Origin: Eledone cirrhosa
Lineage: Eukaryota
Length of the DNA: 64,000 bases
Reading direction: 5' to 3'
Assembly (NCBI GenBank): GCA_964016885.1
Contig: OZ024742.1
Coordinates: 165,912,001-165,976,000 of the forward strand
Part shown: one piece after another, positions 26,380-40,600 of the stretch
How positions within the stretch are numbered: position 1 is the first letter of the stretch
Layout of the letters: each line of letters begins with the position of its first letter
Program-made: the position numbers and the translations under genes
The notes under the pieces: model-generated
Databases searched by the model: none
Seen by the model: the letters and a program-made list of their open reading frames with translations, nothing else
Told to the model about the DNA's origin: nothing

Positions 26380-29300
26380 TCAGGGGGAGATAATTTGTAA
26401 AAAAAAATCAGGGGGAGATAATTTGTAAAAAAAATCAGGGGGAGATAATTTGTAAAAAAAAATCAAGGGGAGATAATTTCCAGCCGTCCAAGGGGAGATA
26501 ATTTTCAGCCGCCCAAGGGGAGATAATTTCCCGCCAGCCAAGGGAAGATAATATTTAAAAAATCAGGCGGAGATAATTTGTAAAAAAAATCAGGGGGAGA
26601 TAATTTGTAAAAAAATCAGGGGGAGATAATTTGTAAAAAAAAAATCAGGGGGAGATAATTTGTAAAAAAAATCAGGGGGAGATGATTTGTAAAAAAAAAT
26701 CAGGGGTAGATAATTTGTAAAAAAAAATCAGGGGGAGATAATTTGTAAAAAAAAATCAGGGGGAGATAATTTGTAAAAAAAATCAAGGGGAGATAATTTC
26801 CAGCCGTCGAAGGGAAGATAATTTCCAGCCCTCCAAGGGGCTATAATTTCCAGCGTCCAAGGGGAGATAATTTCCAGCCGTCCAAGGGGAGATAATTTCC
26901 AGCCGTCCAAGGGTAGATAATATCCAGCCGTCCAAGTAGACATTTTCCAGCCGTCCAAGGAGAGGTAATTTCTAGCCGTCCAAGGGGAGATAAATTCCAG
27001 CCTCCAAGGGGAGATAATTTCCAGCCAGCCAAGGGGAGATAATTTGTAAAAAAATCAGGGGGAGATAATTTGTAAAAAAAATCAGGGGGAGATAATTTGT
27101 AAAAAAAAATCAGGGGGAGATAATTTGTAAAAAAAAATCAGGGGGAGATAATTTGTAAAAAAAATCAGGGGGAGATAATTTGTAAAAAAAATCAAGGGGA
27201 GATAATTTCCAGCCGTCCAAGGGGAGATAATTTTCAGCCGTCCAAGGGGAGATAATTTCCAGCCGTCCAAGGGGAGATAATTTCGATCCTTCCAAGGGGA
27301 GATAATTTCCAGCCGTCCAAGGGGAGATAATTTTCAGCCGTCCAAGGGGAGATAATTTCCCGCCAGCCAAGGGAAGATAATATTTTAAAAAATCAGGCGG
27401 AGATAATTTGTAAAAAAAATCAGGGGGAGATAATTTGTAAAAAAATCAGGGGGAGATAATTTGTAAAAAAAATAATCAGGGGGAGATAATTTGTAAAAAA
27501 AATCAGGGGTAGATAATTTGTAAAAAAAATCAGGGGTAGATAATTTGTAAAAAAAAATCAGGGGGAGATAATTTGTAAAAAAAAAATCAGGGGGAGATAA
27601 TTTGTAAAAAAAATCAAGGGGAGATAATTTCCAGCCGTCCAAGGAGAGATAATTTTTAAAAAAAATCAGGCGGAGATAATTTGTAAAAAAAATCAAGGGG
27701 AGATAATTTGTAAAAAAAAATCAGGGGGAGATAATTTGTAAAAAAAATCAAGGGGAGATAATTTCCAGCCGTCCAAGGGAAGATAATTTCCAGCACTCCA
27801 AGGGGCTATAATTTCCAGTGTCCAAGGGGAGATAATTTCCAGCCAGCGAAGGGGAGATAATTTTTTTTAAAAAATCAGGGGGAGATATGTAAAAAAAATC
27901 AGAGGGAGATAATTTCTAAAAAAAATCAAAGGGAGATAATTTCCAGCCGTCCAAAGAGAGATAATTTCTAGCCGTCCAAGGGGAGATAATTTCCAGCCAA
28001 GGGGAGATAATTTCCAGCCGTCCAAGGGGAGATAATTATTTAAAAAATCAGGTGGAGATAATTTGTAAAAAAAATCAGGGGGAGATAATTTGTAAAAACA
28101 AAATCAAGGGCAGATAATTTCCAGCTGTCCAAGGGGAGATAATTTCCAGCCGTGCAAGGGGAGATAATTTCCAGCCGTCCAAGGGGAGATAATTTCCATC
28201 CTTCCAAGGGGAGATAATGTCCAGCCGTCCAAGGGGAGATAATTTCCCGCCAGCCAAGGGAAGATAATTTTTAAAAAAATCAGGCGGAGATTGTAAAAAA
28301 AATCAGGGGGAGATAATTTGTAAAAAAATCAGGGGGAGATAATTTGTAAAAAAAAATCAGGGGCAGATAATTTGTAAAAAAAAAATCAGGGGGAGATAAT
28401 TTGTAAAAAAAATCAGGGGTAGATAATTTGTAAAAAAAAATCAGGGGGAGATAATTTGTAAAAAAAAATCAGGGGGAGATAATTTGTAAAAAAATCAAGG
28501 GGAGATAAAATGCAGCCGTCCAAGGGGAGATAATTTTCAGCCGTCCAAGGAGAGGTAATTTCTAGCCGTCCAAGGGGAGATAATTTCCAGCCGTCCAAGG
28601 GGAGATAATTTCCAGCCGTCCAAGGGGAGATAGTTTTTTTAAAAAAATCAGGCGGAGATAATTTGTAAAAAAAAAATCAGGGGGAGATAATTTGTAAAAA
28701 AAAATCAGGGGGAGATAATTTGTGAAAAAAAATCAGGGGGAGATAATTTGTAAAAAAAATCAGGGGGAGATAATTAGTAAAAAAAATCAAGGGGAGATAA
28801 TTTCCAGCCGTCCAAGGGGAGGTAATATCTAGCCGTCCACGGGGAGATAATTTCCAGCCGTCCAAGGGGAGATAATTTCCAGCCGTCCAAGGGTAGATAA
28901 TATCCAGCCGTCCAAGTAGACATATTTTCCAGCCGTCCAAGGAGAGGTAATTTCTAGCCGTCCAAGGGGAGATAAATTCCAGCCTCCAAGGGGAGATAAT
29001 TTCCAGCCATCCAAGGGGAGATAATTTGTAAAAAAATCAGGGGGAGATAATTTGTAAAAAAAATCAGGGGGAGATAATTTGTAAAAAAAAATCAGGGGGA
29101 GATAATTTGTAAAAAAAAATCAGGGGGAGATAATTTGTAAAAAAAATCAGGGGGAGATAATTTGTAAAAAAAAATCAGGGGGAGATAATTTGTAAAAAAA
29201 AATCAGGGGGAGATAATTTGTAAAAAAAAATCAGGGGGAGATAATTTGTAAAAAAAATCAAGGGGAGATAATTTCCAGCCGTCCAAGGGGAGATAATTTC

Positions 29301-32300
29301 CAGCCGTCCAAGGGGAGGTAATATCTAGCCGTCCAAGGGGAGATAATTTCCAGCCGTCCAAGAGGAGATAATTTCCAGCCGTCCAAGGGTAGATAATATC
29401 CAGCCGTCCAAGGAGACATATTTTCCAGCCGTCCAAGGAGAGGTAATTTCTAGCCGTCCAAGGGGAGATAAATTCCAGCCTCCAAGGGGAGATAATTTCC
29501 AGCCAGCCAAGGGGAGATAATTTGTAAAAAAAATCAGGGGGAGATAATTTGTAAAAAAAATCAGGGGGAGATAATTTGTAAAAAAAAATCAGGGGGAGAT
29601 AATTTGTAAAAAAAATCAGGGGGAGATAATTTGTAAAAAAAAATCAAGGGGAGATAATTTCCAGCCGTCCAAGGGGAGATAATTTTCAGCCGCCCAAGGG
29701 GAGATAATTTCCCGCCAGCCAAGGGAAGATAATATTTAAAAAATCAGGCGGAGATAATTTGTAAAAAAAATCAGGGGTAGATAATTTGTAAAAAAAAATC
29801 AGGCGGAGATAATTTGTAAAAAAAAATCAGGGGGAGATAATTTGTAAAAAAAATCAAGAGGAGATAATTTCCAGCCGTCGAAGGGAAGATAATTTCCAGC
29901 CCTCCAAGGGGCTATAATTTCCAGCGTCCAAGGGGAGATAATTTCCAGCCAGCGAAGGGGAGATAATTTTTTTAAAAAAATCATTGGGAGATTTGTAAAA
30001 AAAATCAGGGGGAGATAATTTGTAAAAAAATCAAGGGGAGATAATTTCCAGCCGTCCAAGGGGAGGTAATATCTAGCCAGCCAAGGGGAGATAATTTCCA
30101 GCCGTCCAAGGGGAGATAATTTCCAGCCGTCCAAGGGTAGATAATATCCAGCCGTCCAAGTAGACATTTTCCAGCCGTCCAAGGAGAGGTAATTTCTAGC
30201 CGTCCAAGGGGAGATAAATTCCAGCCTCCAAGGGGAAATAATTTCCAGCCAGCCAAGGGGAGATAATTTCCATCCTTCCAAGGGGAGATAATTTGTAAAA
30301 AAAATCAGGGGGAGATAATTTGTAAAAAAAAATCAGGGGGAGATAATTTGTAAAAAAAATCAAGGGGAGATAATTTCCAGCCGTCCAAGGGGAGATAATT
30401 TTCAGCCGTCCAAGGGGAGATAATTTCCAGCCGTCCAAGGGGAGATAATTTCCATCCTTCCAAGGGGAGATAATTTGTAAAAAAAAATCAGGGGGAGATA
30501 ATTTGTAAAAAAAATCAAAGGGAGATAATTTCCAGCCGTCCAAGGGGAGATAATTTTCAGCCGTCCAAGGGGAGATAATTTCCCGCCAGCCAAGGGAAGA
30601 TAATATTTAAAAAAATCAGGCGGAGATAATTTGTAAAAAAAATCAGGGGGAGATAATTTGTAAAAAAATCAGGGGGAGATAATTTGTAAAAAAAAAATCA
30701 GGGGGAGATAATTTGTAAAAAAATTAGGGCTAGATAATTTGTAAAAAAAAATCAGGGGTAGATAATTTGTAAAAGAAAATCAGGGGGAGATAAATTGTAA
30801 AAAAAAATCAGGGGGAGATAATTTGTAAAAAAAATCAAGGGGAGATAATTTCCAGCCGTCCAAGGAGAGATAATTTTAAAAAAAAATCAGGCGGAGATAA
30901 TTTGTAAAAAAAAATCAAGGGGAGATAATTTGTAAAAAAAAATCAGGGGGAGATAATTTGTAAAAAAAATCAAGGGGAGATAATTTCCAGCCGTCCAAGG
31001 GAAGATAATTTCCAGCACTCCAAGGGGCTATAATTTCCAGTGTCCAAGGGGAGATAATTTCCAGCCAGCGAAGGGGAGAAAATCAGGGGGAGATAATTTG
31101 TAAAAAAAATTCAGGGGGAGATAATTTGTAAAAAAAAATCAGGGGGAGATAATTTGTAAAAAAAATCAGAGGGAGATAATTTGTAAAAAAAAATCAGGGG
31201 GAGATAATTTGTAAAAAAAATCAGGGGGAGATAATTTGTAAAAAAAAATCAGGGGGAGATAATTTGTAAAAAAATCAAGGGGAGATAATTTCCAGCTGTC
31301 CAAGGGGAGATAATTTTCAGCCGTCCAAGGGGAGATAATTTCCCGCCAGCCAAGGGAAGATAATATTTAAAAAAATCAGGCGGAGATAATTTGTAAAAAA
31401 AATCAGGGGGAGATAATTTGTAAAAAAATCAGGGGGAGATAATTTGTAAAAAAAAAATCAGGGGGAGATAATTTGTAAAAAAAATCAGGGGGAGATAATT
31501 TGTAAAAAAAAATCAGGGGTAGATAATTTGTAAAAAAAAATCAGGGGGAGATAATTTGTAAAAAAAAATCAGGGGGAGATAATTTGTAAAAAAAATCAAT
31601 TGCAGATAATTTCCAGCCGTCCAAGGAGAGATAATTTAAAAAAAAAATCAGGCGAAGATAATTTGTAAAAAAAAAATCAGGGGGAGATAATTTGTAAAAA
31701 AAATCAGGGGGAGATAATTTGTAAAAAAAAATCAGGGGTAGATAATTTGTAAAAAAAAATCAGGGGGAGATAATTTGTAAAAAAAAATCAGGGGGAGATA
31801 ATTTGTAAAAAAAATCAAGGGGAGATAATTTCCAGCCGTCCAAGGGGAGAATTTTCAGCCGTCCAAGGAGAGGTAATTTCTAGCCGTCCAAGGGGAGATA
31901 ATTTCCAGCCGTCCAAGGGGAGATAATTAAAAAAAAAATCAGGCGGAGATAATTTGTAAAAAAAATCAAGGGGAGATAATTTGCAGCCGTCCAAGGGGAG
32001 ATAATTTTCAATCGTCCAAGGAGAGGTAATTTTTAGCCGTCCAAGGGGAGATAATTTCCAGCCGTCCAAGGGGAGATAATTTCCAGCCGTCCAAGGGGAG
32101 ATAATTTTTTTAAAAAATCAGGCGGAGATAATTTGTAAAAAAAATCAGGGGGAGATAATTTGTAAAAAAAAATCAGGGGGAGATAATTTGTAAAAAAAAA
32201 TCAGGGGGAGATAATTTGTAAAAAAAATCAAGGAGAGATAATTTCCAGCCGTCCAAGGGAAGATAATTTCAAGCCCTCCAAGGGGCTATAATTTCCAGTG

Positions 32301-35300
32301 TCCAAGGGGAGATAATTTCCAGCCAGCGAAGGGGAGATAATTTTTTTTTAAAAATCAGGGAGATTTGTAAAAAAATCAGGGGGAGATAATTTGTAAAAAA
32401 AATCAAAGGGAGATAATTTCCAGCCGTCCAAAGAGAGATAATTTCTAGCCGTCCAAGGCGAGATAATTTCGAGCAAGGGGAGATAATTTCCAGCCGTCCA
32501 AGGGGAGATATTTTTTTAAAAAATCAGGTGGAGATAATTTGTAAAAAAAATCAGGGGGAGATAATTTGTAAAAACTAAATCAAGGGCAGATAATTTCCAG
32601 CTGTCCAAGGGGAGATAATTTCCAGCCGTGCAAGGGGAGATAATTTCCAGCCGTCCAAGGGGAGATAATTTCCATCCTTCCAGGGGGAGATAATTTCCAG
32701 CCGTCCAAGGGGAGATAATTTCCCGCCAGCCAAGGGAAGATAATTTTTTAAAAAATCAGGCGGAGATTGTAAAAAAAATCAGGGGGAGATAATTTGTAAA
32801 AAAATCAGGGGGAGATAATTTGTAAAAAAAATCAAGGGGAGATTATTTCCAGCCGTCTAAGGGGAGGTAATATCTAGCCGTCCAAGGGGAGATAATTTCC
32901 AGCCATCCAAGGGGAGATAATTTCCAGCCGTCCAAGGGTAGATAATATCCAGCCGTCCAAGGAGACATATTTTCCAGCCGTCCAAGGAGAGGTAATTTCT
33001 AGCCGTCCAAGGGGAGATAAATTCCAGCCTCCAAGGGGAGATAATTTCCAGCCAGCCAAGGGGAGATAATTTGTAAAAAAATCAGGGGGAGATAATTTGT
33101 AAAAAAAATCAGGGGGAGATAATTTGTAAAAAAAAATCAGGGGGAGATAATTTGTAAAAAAAATCAGGGGGAGATAATTTGTAAAAAAAATCAAGGGGAG
33201 ATAATTTCCAGCCGTCCAAGGGGAGATAATTTTCAGCCGTCCAAGTGGAGATAATTACCCGCCAGCCAAGGGAAGATAATATTTAAAAAATCAGGCGGAG
33301 ATAATTTGTAAAAAAAATCAGGGGGAGATAATTTGTAAAAAAATCAGGGGGAGATAATTTGTAAAAAAAAATCAGGGGGAGATAATTTGTAAAAAAAATC
33401 AGGGGGAGATAATTTGTAAAAAAAAATCAGGGGTAGATAATTTGTAAAAAAAAATCAGGGGGAGATAATTTGTAAAAAAAATCAGGGGGAGATAATTTGT
33501 AAAAAAAATCAAGGGGAGATAATTTCCTGCCGTCCAAGGAGAGATAATTTTAAAAAAAAATCAGGCGGAGATAATTTGTAAAAAAAAATCAGGGGGAGAT
33601 AATTTGTAAAAAAAAATCAGGGGGAGATAATTTGTAAAAAAAATCAAGGGGAGATAATTTCCAGCCGTCCAAGGGGAGATAATTTTCAGCCGTCCAAGGG
33701 GAGATAATTTCCAGCCGTCCAAGGGGAGATAATTTAAAAAAAAAAATCAGGCGGAGATAATTTGTAAAAAAAATCAAGGGGAGATAATTTGCAACCGTCC
33801 AAGGGGACATAATTTTCAGTCGTCCAAGGAGAGGTAATTTCTAGCCGTCCAAGGGGAGATAATTTCCAGCCGTCCAAGGGGAGATAATTTCCAGCCGTCC
33901 AAGGGGAGATAATTTTTTTTTAAAAATCAGGCGGAGATAATTTGTAAAAAAAAAATCAGGGGGAGATAATTTGTAAAAAAAAATCAGGGGGAGATAATTT
34001 GTAAAAAAAAATCAGGGGGAGATAATTTGTAAAAAAAATCAAGGGGAGATAATTTCCAGCCGTCCAAGGGAAGATAATTTCCAGCCCTCCAAGGGGCTAT
34101 AATTTCCAGCGTCCAAGGGGAGATAATTTCCAGCCAGCGAAGGGGAGATAATTGTTTTAAAAAAATCATTGGGAGATTTGTAAAAAAAATCAGGGGGAGA
34201 TAATTCCAGCCGTCCAAGGGGAGGTAATATCTAGCCGTCCAAGGGGAGATAATTTCCAGCCGTCCAAGGGGAGATAATTTCCAGCCGTCCAAGGGTAGAT
34301 AATATCCAGCCGTCCAAGGAGACATATTTTCCAGCCGTCCAAGGAGAGGTAATTTCTAGCCGTCCAAGGGGAGATAAATTCCAGCCTCCAAGGGGAGATA
34401 ATTTCCAGCCAGCCAAGGGGAGATAATTTGTAAAAAAATCAGGGGGAGATAATTTGTAAAAAAAGTCAGGGGTAGATAATTTGTAAAAAAAAATCAGGGG
34501 GAGATAATTTGTAAAAAAAAATCAGGTGGAGATAATTTGTAAAAAAAATCAAGGGGAGATAATTTCCAGCCGTCCAAGGAGAGATAATTTTAAAAAAAAA
34601 ATCAGGCGGAGATAATTTGTAAAAAAAAATCAGGGGGAGATAATTTGTAAAAAAAAATCAGGGGGAGATAATTTGTAAAAAAAATCAAGGGGAGATAATT
34701 TCCAGCCGTCCAAGGGGAGATAATTTCCAGCCGTCCAAGGGGAGATAAATTTTTTAAAAAAATCAGGCGGAGATAATTTGTAAAAAAAATCAGGGGGAGA
34801 TAATTTGTAAAAAAAAATCAGGGGGAGATAATTTGTAAAAAAAAATCAGGGGGAGATAATTTCCAGCCGTCCAAGGTAAGATAATTTCCAGCCCTCCAAG
34901 GGGCTATAATTTCCAGCATCCAAGGGGAGATAATTTCCAGCCGTCCAAGGGTAGATAATATCCAGCCGTCCAAGTAGACATATTTTCCAGCCGTCCAAGG
35001 AGAGGTAATTTCTAGCCGTCCAAGGGGAGATAAATTCCAGCCTCCAAGGGGAGATAATTTCCAGCCAGCCAAGGGGAGATAATTTGTAAAAAAATAAGGG
35101 GGAGATAATTTGTAAAAAAAATCAGGGGGAGATAATTTGTAAAAAAAATCAGGGGGAGATAATTTGTAAAAAAAAATCAGGGGGAGATAATTTCCAGCCG
35201 TCCAAGGGGAGATAATTTTCAGCCGTCCAAGGGTAGATAATATCCAGCCGTCCAAGTAGACATTTTCCAGCCGTCCAAGGAGAGGTAATTTCTAGCCGTC

Positions 35301-36967
35301 CAAGGGGAGATAAATTCCAGCCTCCAAGGGGAGATAATTTCCAGCCAGCCAAGGGGAGATAATTTGTAAAAAAATCAGGGGGAGATAATTTGTAAAAAAA
35401 ATCAGGGGGAGATAATTTGTAAAAAAAAATCAGGGGGAGATAATTTGTGAAAAAAAATCAGGGGGAGATAATTTGTAAAAAAAAATCAGGGGGAGATAAT
35501 TTGTGAAAAAAATCAAGGGGAGATAATTTCCAGCCGTCCAAGGGGAGATAATTTTCAGCCTTCCAAGGGGAGATAATTTCCAGCCGTCCAAGGGGAGATA
35601 ATTTCCATCCTTCCAAGGGGAGATAATTTCCAGCCTTCCAAGGGGAGATAATTTTCAGCCGTCCAAGGGGAGATAATTTCCCGCCAGCCAAGGGAAGATA
35701 ATATTTTAAAAAATCAGGCGGAGATAATTTGTAAAAAAAATCAGGGGGAGATAATTTGTAAAAAAATCAGGGGGAGATAATTTGTAAAAAAAAAATCAGG
35801 GGGAGATAATTTGTAAAAAAAATCAGGGGGAGATAATTTGTAAAAAAAAATCAGGGGTAGATAATTTGTAAAAAAAAATCAGGGGGAGATAATTTGTAAA
35901 AAAAAAATCAGGGGGAGATAATTTGTAAAAAAAATCAAGGGGAGATAATTTCCAGCCGTCCAAGGAGAGATAATTTTTAAAAAAAATCAGGCGGAGATAA
36001 TTTGTAAAAAAAAATCAAGGGGAGATAATTTGTAAAAAAAAATCAGGGGGAGATAATTTGTAAAAAAAATCAAGGGGAGATAATTTCCAGCCGTCCAAGG
36101 GAAGATAATTTCCAGCACTCCAAGGGGCTATAATTTCCAGTGTCCAAGGGGAGATAATTTCCAGCCAGCGAAGGGGAGATAATTTTTTTAAAAAAATCAG
36201 GGGGAGATATGTAAAAAAAATCAGAGGGAGATAATTTCTAAAAAAAATCAAAGGGAGATAATTTCCAGCCGTCCAAAGAGAGATAATTTCTAGCCGTCCA
36301 AGGGGAGATAATTTCCAGCCAAGGGGAGATAATTTCCAGCCGTCCAAGGGGAGATAATTATTTAAAAAATCAGGTGGAGATAATTTGTAAAAAAAATCAG
36401 GGGGAGATAATTTGTAAAAACAAAATCAAGGGCAGATAATTTCCAGCTGTCCAAGGGGAGATAATTTCCAGCCGTGCAAGGGGAGATAATTTCCAGCCGT
36501 CCAAGGGGAGATAATTTCCATCCTTCCAAGGGGAGATAATCTCCAGCCGTCCAAGGGGAGATAATTTCCCGCCAGCCAAGGGAAGATAATTTTTAAAAAA
36601 ATCAGGCGGAGATTGTAAAAAAAATCAGGGGGAGATAATTTGTAAAAAAATCAGGGGGAGATAATTTGTAAAAAAAAAATCAGGGGAGATAATTTGTAAA
36701 AAAAAATCAGGGGGAGATAATTTGTAAAAAAAAAATCAGGGGGAGATAATTTGTAAAAAAAATCAGGGGTAGATAATTTGTAAAAAAAAATCAGGGGGAG
36801 ATAATTTGTAAAAAAAAATCAGTGGGAGATAATTTGTAAAAAAATCAAGGGGAGATAATATGCAGCCGTCCAAGGGGAGATAATTTTCAGCCGTCCAAGG
36901 AGAGTTAATTTCTAGCCGTCCAAGGGGAGATAATTTCCAGCCGTCCAAGGGGAGATAATTTCCAGCC
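26380..36967 (+). repeat. About 10.6-kb block, copy 1 (duplicated about 17.0 kb downstream)
   Basis: ORF offsets of 17019-17101 (26728/43747, 29203/46246, 30402/47503, 34818/51843, 36397/53422). Copies diverge at 36968 versus 53992; the left edge is approximate. Confidence 0.9.
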
Positions 36968-37669
36968 CTCCAAGGGGCTATAATTTCCAGCATCCAAGGG
37001 GAGATAATTTCCAGCCGTCCAAGGGTAGATAATATCCAGCCGTCCAAGTAGACATATTTTCCAGCCGTCCAAGGAGAGGTAATTTCTAGCCGTCCAAGGG
37101 AAGATAAATTCCAGCCTCCAAGGGGAGATAATTTCCAGCCAGCCAAGGGGAGATAATTTGTAAAAAAATCAGGGGGAGATAATTTGTAAAAAAAATCAGG
37201 GGGAGATAATTTGTAAAAAAAAATCAGGGGGAGATAATTTGTAAAAAAAAATCAGGGGGAGATAATTTGTAAAAAAAAATCAGGGGGAGATAATTTCCAG
37301 CCGTCCAAGGGGAGATAATTTTCAGCCGTCCAAGGGTAGATAATATCCAGCCGTCCAAGTAGACATTTTCCAGCCGTCCAAGGAGAGGTAATTTCTAGCC
37401 GTCCAAGGGGAGATAAATTCCAGCCTCCAAGGGGAGATAATTTCCAGCCAGCCAAGGGGAGATAATTTGTAAAAAAATCAGGGGGAGATAATTTGTAAAA
37501 AAAATCAGGGGGAGATAATTTGTAAAAAAAAATCAGGGGGAGATAATTTGTAAAAAAAAATCAGGAGGAGATAATTTGTAAAAAAAAATCAGGGGGAGAT
37601 AATTTGTAAAAAAAATCAAGGGGAGATAATTTCCAGCCGTCCAAGGGGAGATAATTTTCAGCCGTCCAA

Positions 37670-40600
37670 GGGGAGATAGTTTTTTTAAAAAAATCAGGCG
37701 GAGATAATTTGTAAAAAAAAAATCAGGGGGAGATAATTTGTAAAAAAAATCAGGGGGAGATAATTTGTAAAAAAAAATCAGGGGGAGATAATTTGTAAAA
37801 AAAATCAGGGGGAGATAATTAGTAAAAAAAATCAAGGGGAGATAATTTCCAGCCGTCCAAGGGGAGGTAATATCTAGCCGTCCACGGGGAGATAATTTCC
37901 AGCCGTCCAAGGGGAGATAATTTCCAGCCGTCCAAGGGTAGATAATATCCAGCCGTCCAAGTAGACATATTTTCCAGCCGTCCAAGGAGAGGTAATTTCT
38001 AGCCGTCCAAGGGGAGATAAATTCCAGCCTCCAAGGGGAGATAATTTCCAGCCAGCCAAGGGGAGATAATTTGTAAAAAAATCAGGGGGAGATAATTTGT
38101 AAAAAAAATCAGGGGGAGATAATTTGTAAAAAAAAATCAGGGGGAGATAATTTGTAAAAAAAAATCAGGGGGAGATAATTTGTAAAAAAAATCAGGGGGA
38201 GATAATTTGTAAAAAAAAATCAGGGGGAGATAATTTGTAAAAAAAAATCAGGGGGAGATAATTTGTAAAAAAAAATCAGGGGGAGATAATTTGTAAAAAA
38301 AATCAAGGGGAGATAATTTCCAGCCGTCCAAGGGGAGATAATTTCCAGCCGTCCAAGGGGAGGTAATATCTAGCCGTCCAAGGGGAGATAATTTCCAGCC
38401 GTCCAAGAGGAGATAATTTCCAGCCGTCCAAGGGTAGATAATATCCAGCCGTCCAAGGAGACATATTTTCCAGCCGTCCAAGGAGAGGTAATTTCTAGCC
38501 GTCCAAGGGGAGATAAATTCCAGCCTCCAAGGGGAGATAATTTCCAGCCAGCCAAGGGGAGATAATTTGTAAAAAAAATCAGGGGGAGATAATTTGTAAA
38601 AAAAATCAGGGGGAGATAATTTGTAAAAAAAAATCAGGGGGAGATAATTTGTAAAAAAAATCAGGGGGAGATAATTTGTAAAAAAAAATCAAGGGGAGAT
38701 AATTTCCAGCCGTCCAAGGGGAGATAATTTTCAGCCGCCCAAGGGGAAATAATTTCCCGCCAGCCAAGGGAAGATAATATTTAAAAAATCAGGCGGAGAT
38801 AATTTGTAAAAAAAATCAGGGGGAGATAATTTGTAAAAAAAATCAGGGGGAGATAATTTGTAAAAAAAAAATCAGGGGGAGATAATTTGTAAAAAAAATC
38901 AGGGGGAGATGATTTGTAAAAAAAATCAGGGGTAGATAATTTGTAAAAAAAAATCAGGGGGAGATAATTTGTAAAAAAAAATCAGGGGGAGATAATTTGT
39001 AAAAAAAATCAAGAGGAGATAATTTCCAGCCGTCGAAGGGAAGATAATTTCCAGCCCTCCAAGGGGCTATAATTTCCAGCGTCCAAGGGGAGATAATTTC
39101 CAGCCAGCGAAGGGGAGATAATTTTTTTTAAAAAATCATTGGGAGATTTGTAAAAAAAATCAGGGGGAGATAATTTGTAAAAAAAATCAAGGGGAGATAA
39201 TTTCCAGCCGTCCAAGGGGAGGTAATATCTAGCCATCCAAGGGGAGATAATTTCCAGCCGTCCAAGGGGAGATAATATCCAGCCGTCCAAGTAGACATTT
39301 TCCAGCCGTCCAAGGAGAGGTAATTTCTAGCCGTCCAAGGGGAGATAAATTCCAGCCTCCAAGGGGAGATAATTTCCAGCCAGCCAAGGGGAGATAATTT
39401 GTAAAAAAATCAGGGGGAGATAATTTGTAAAAAAAAATCAGGGGGAGATAATTTGTAAAAAAAAATCAGGGGGAGATAATTTGTAAAAAAAAATCAGGTG
39501 GAGATAATTTGTAAAAAAAAATCAGGGGGAGATAATTTGTAAAAAAAATCAAGGGGAGATAATTTCCAGCCGTCCAAGGGGAGATAATTTTCAGCCGTCC
39601 AAGGGGAGATAATTTCCAGCCGTCCAAGGGGAGATAATTTCCATCCTTCCAAGGGGAGATAATTTGTAAAAAAAAATCAGGGGGAGATAATTTGTAAAAA
39701 AAATCAAGGGGAGATAATTTCCAGCCGTCCAAGGGGAGATAATTTTCAGCCGTCCAAGGGGAGATAATTTCCCGCCAGCCAAGGGAAGATAATATTTAAA
39801 AAAATCAGGCGGAGATAATTTGTAAAAAAAATCAGGGGGAGATAATTTGTAAAAAAATCAGGGGGAGATAATTTGTAAAAAAAAAATCAGGGGGAGATAA
39901 TTTGTAAAAAAAATCAGGGCTAGATAATTTGTAAAAAAAAATCAGGGGTAGATAATTTGTAAAAGAAAATCAGGGGGAGATAATTTGTAAAAAAAAATCA
40001 GGGGGAGATAATTTGTAAAAAAAATCAAGGGGAGATAATTTCCAGCCGTCCAAGGAGAGATAATTTTAAAAAAAAATCAGGCGGAGATAATTTGTAAAAA
40101 AAAATCAAGGGGAGATAATTTGTAAAAAAAAATCAGGGGGAGATAATTTGTAAAAAAAATCAAGGGGAGATAATTTCCAGCCGTCCAAGGGAAGATAATT
40201 TCCAGCACTCCAAGGGGCTATAATTTCCAGTGTCCAAGGGGAGATAATTTCCAGCCAGCGAAGGGGAGATAATTTTTTTAAAAAAATCAGGGAGAGATAT
40301 GTAAAAAAAATCAGAGGGAGATAATTTCTAAAAAAAATCAAAGGGAGATAATTTCCAGCCGTCCAAAGAGAGATAATTTCTAGCCGTCCAAGGGGAGATA
40401 ATTTCCAGCCAAGGGGAGATAATTTCCAGCCGTCCAAGGGGAGATAATTTTTTAAAAAATCAGGTGGAGATAATTTGTAAAAAAAATCAGGGGGAGATAA
40501 TTTGTAAAAACAAATTCAAGGGCAGATAATTTGTAGCTGTCCAAGGGGAGATAATTTCCAGCCGTGCAAGGGGAGATAATTTCCAGCCGTCCAAGGGGAG

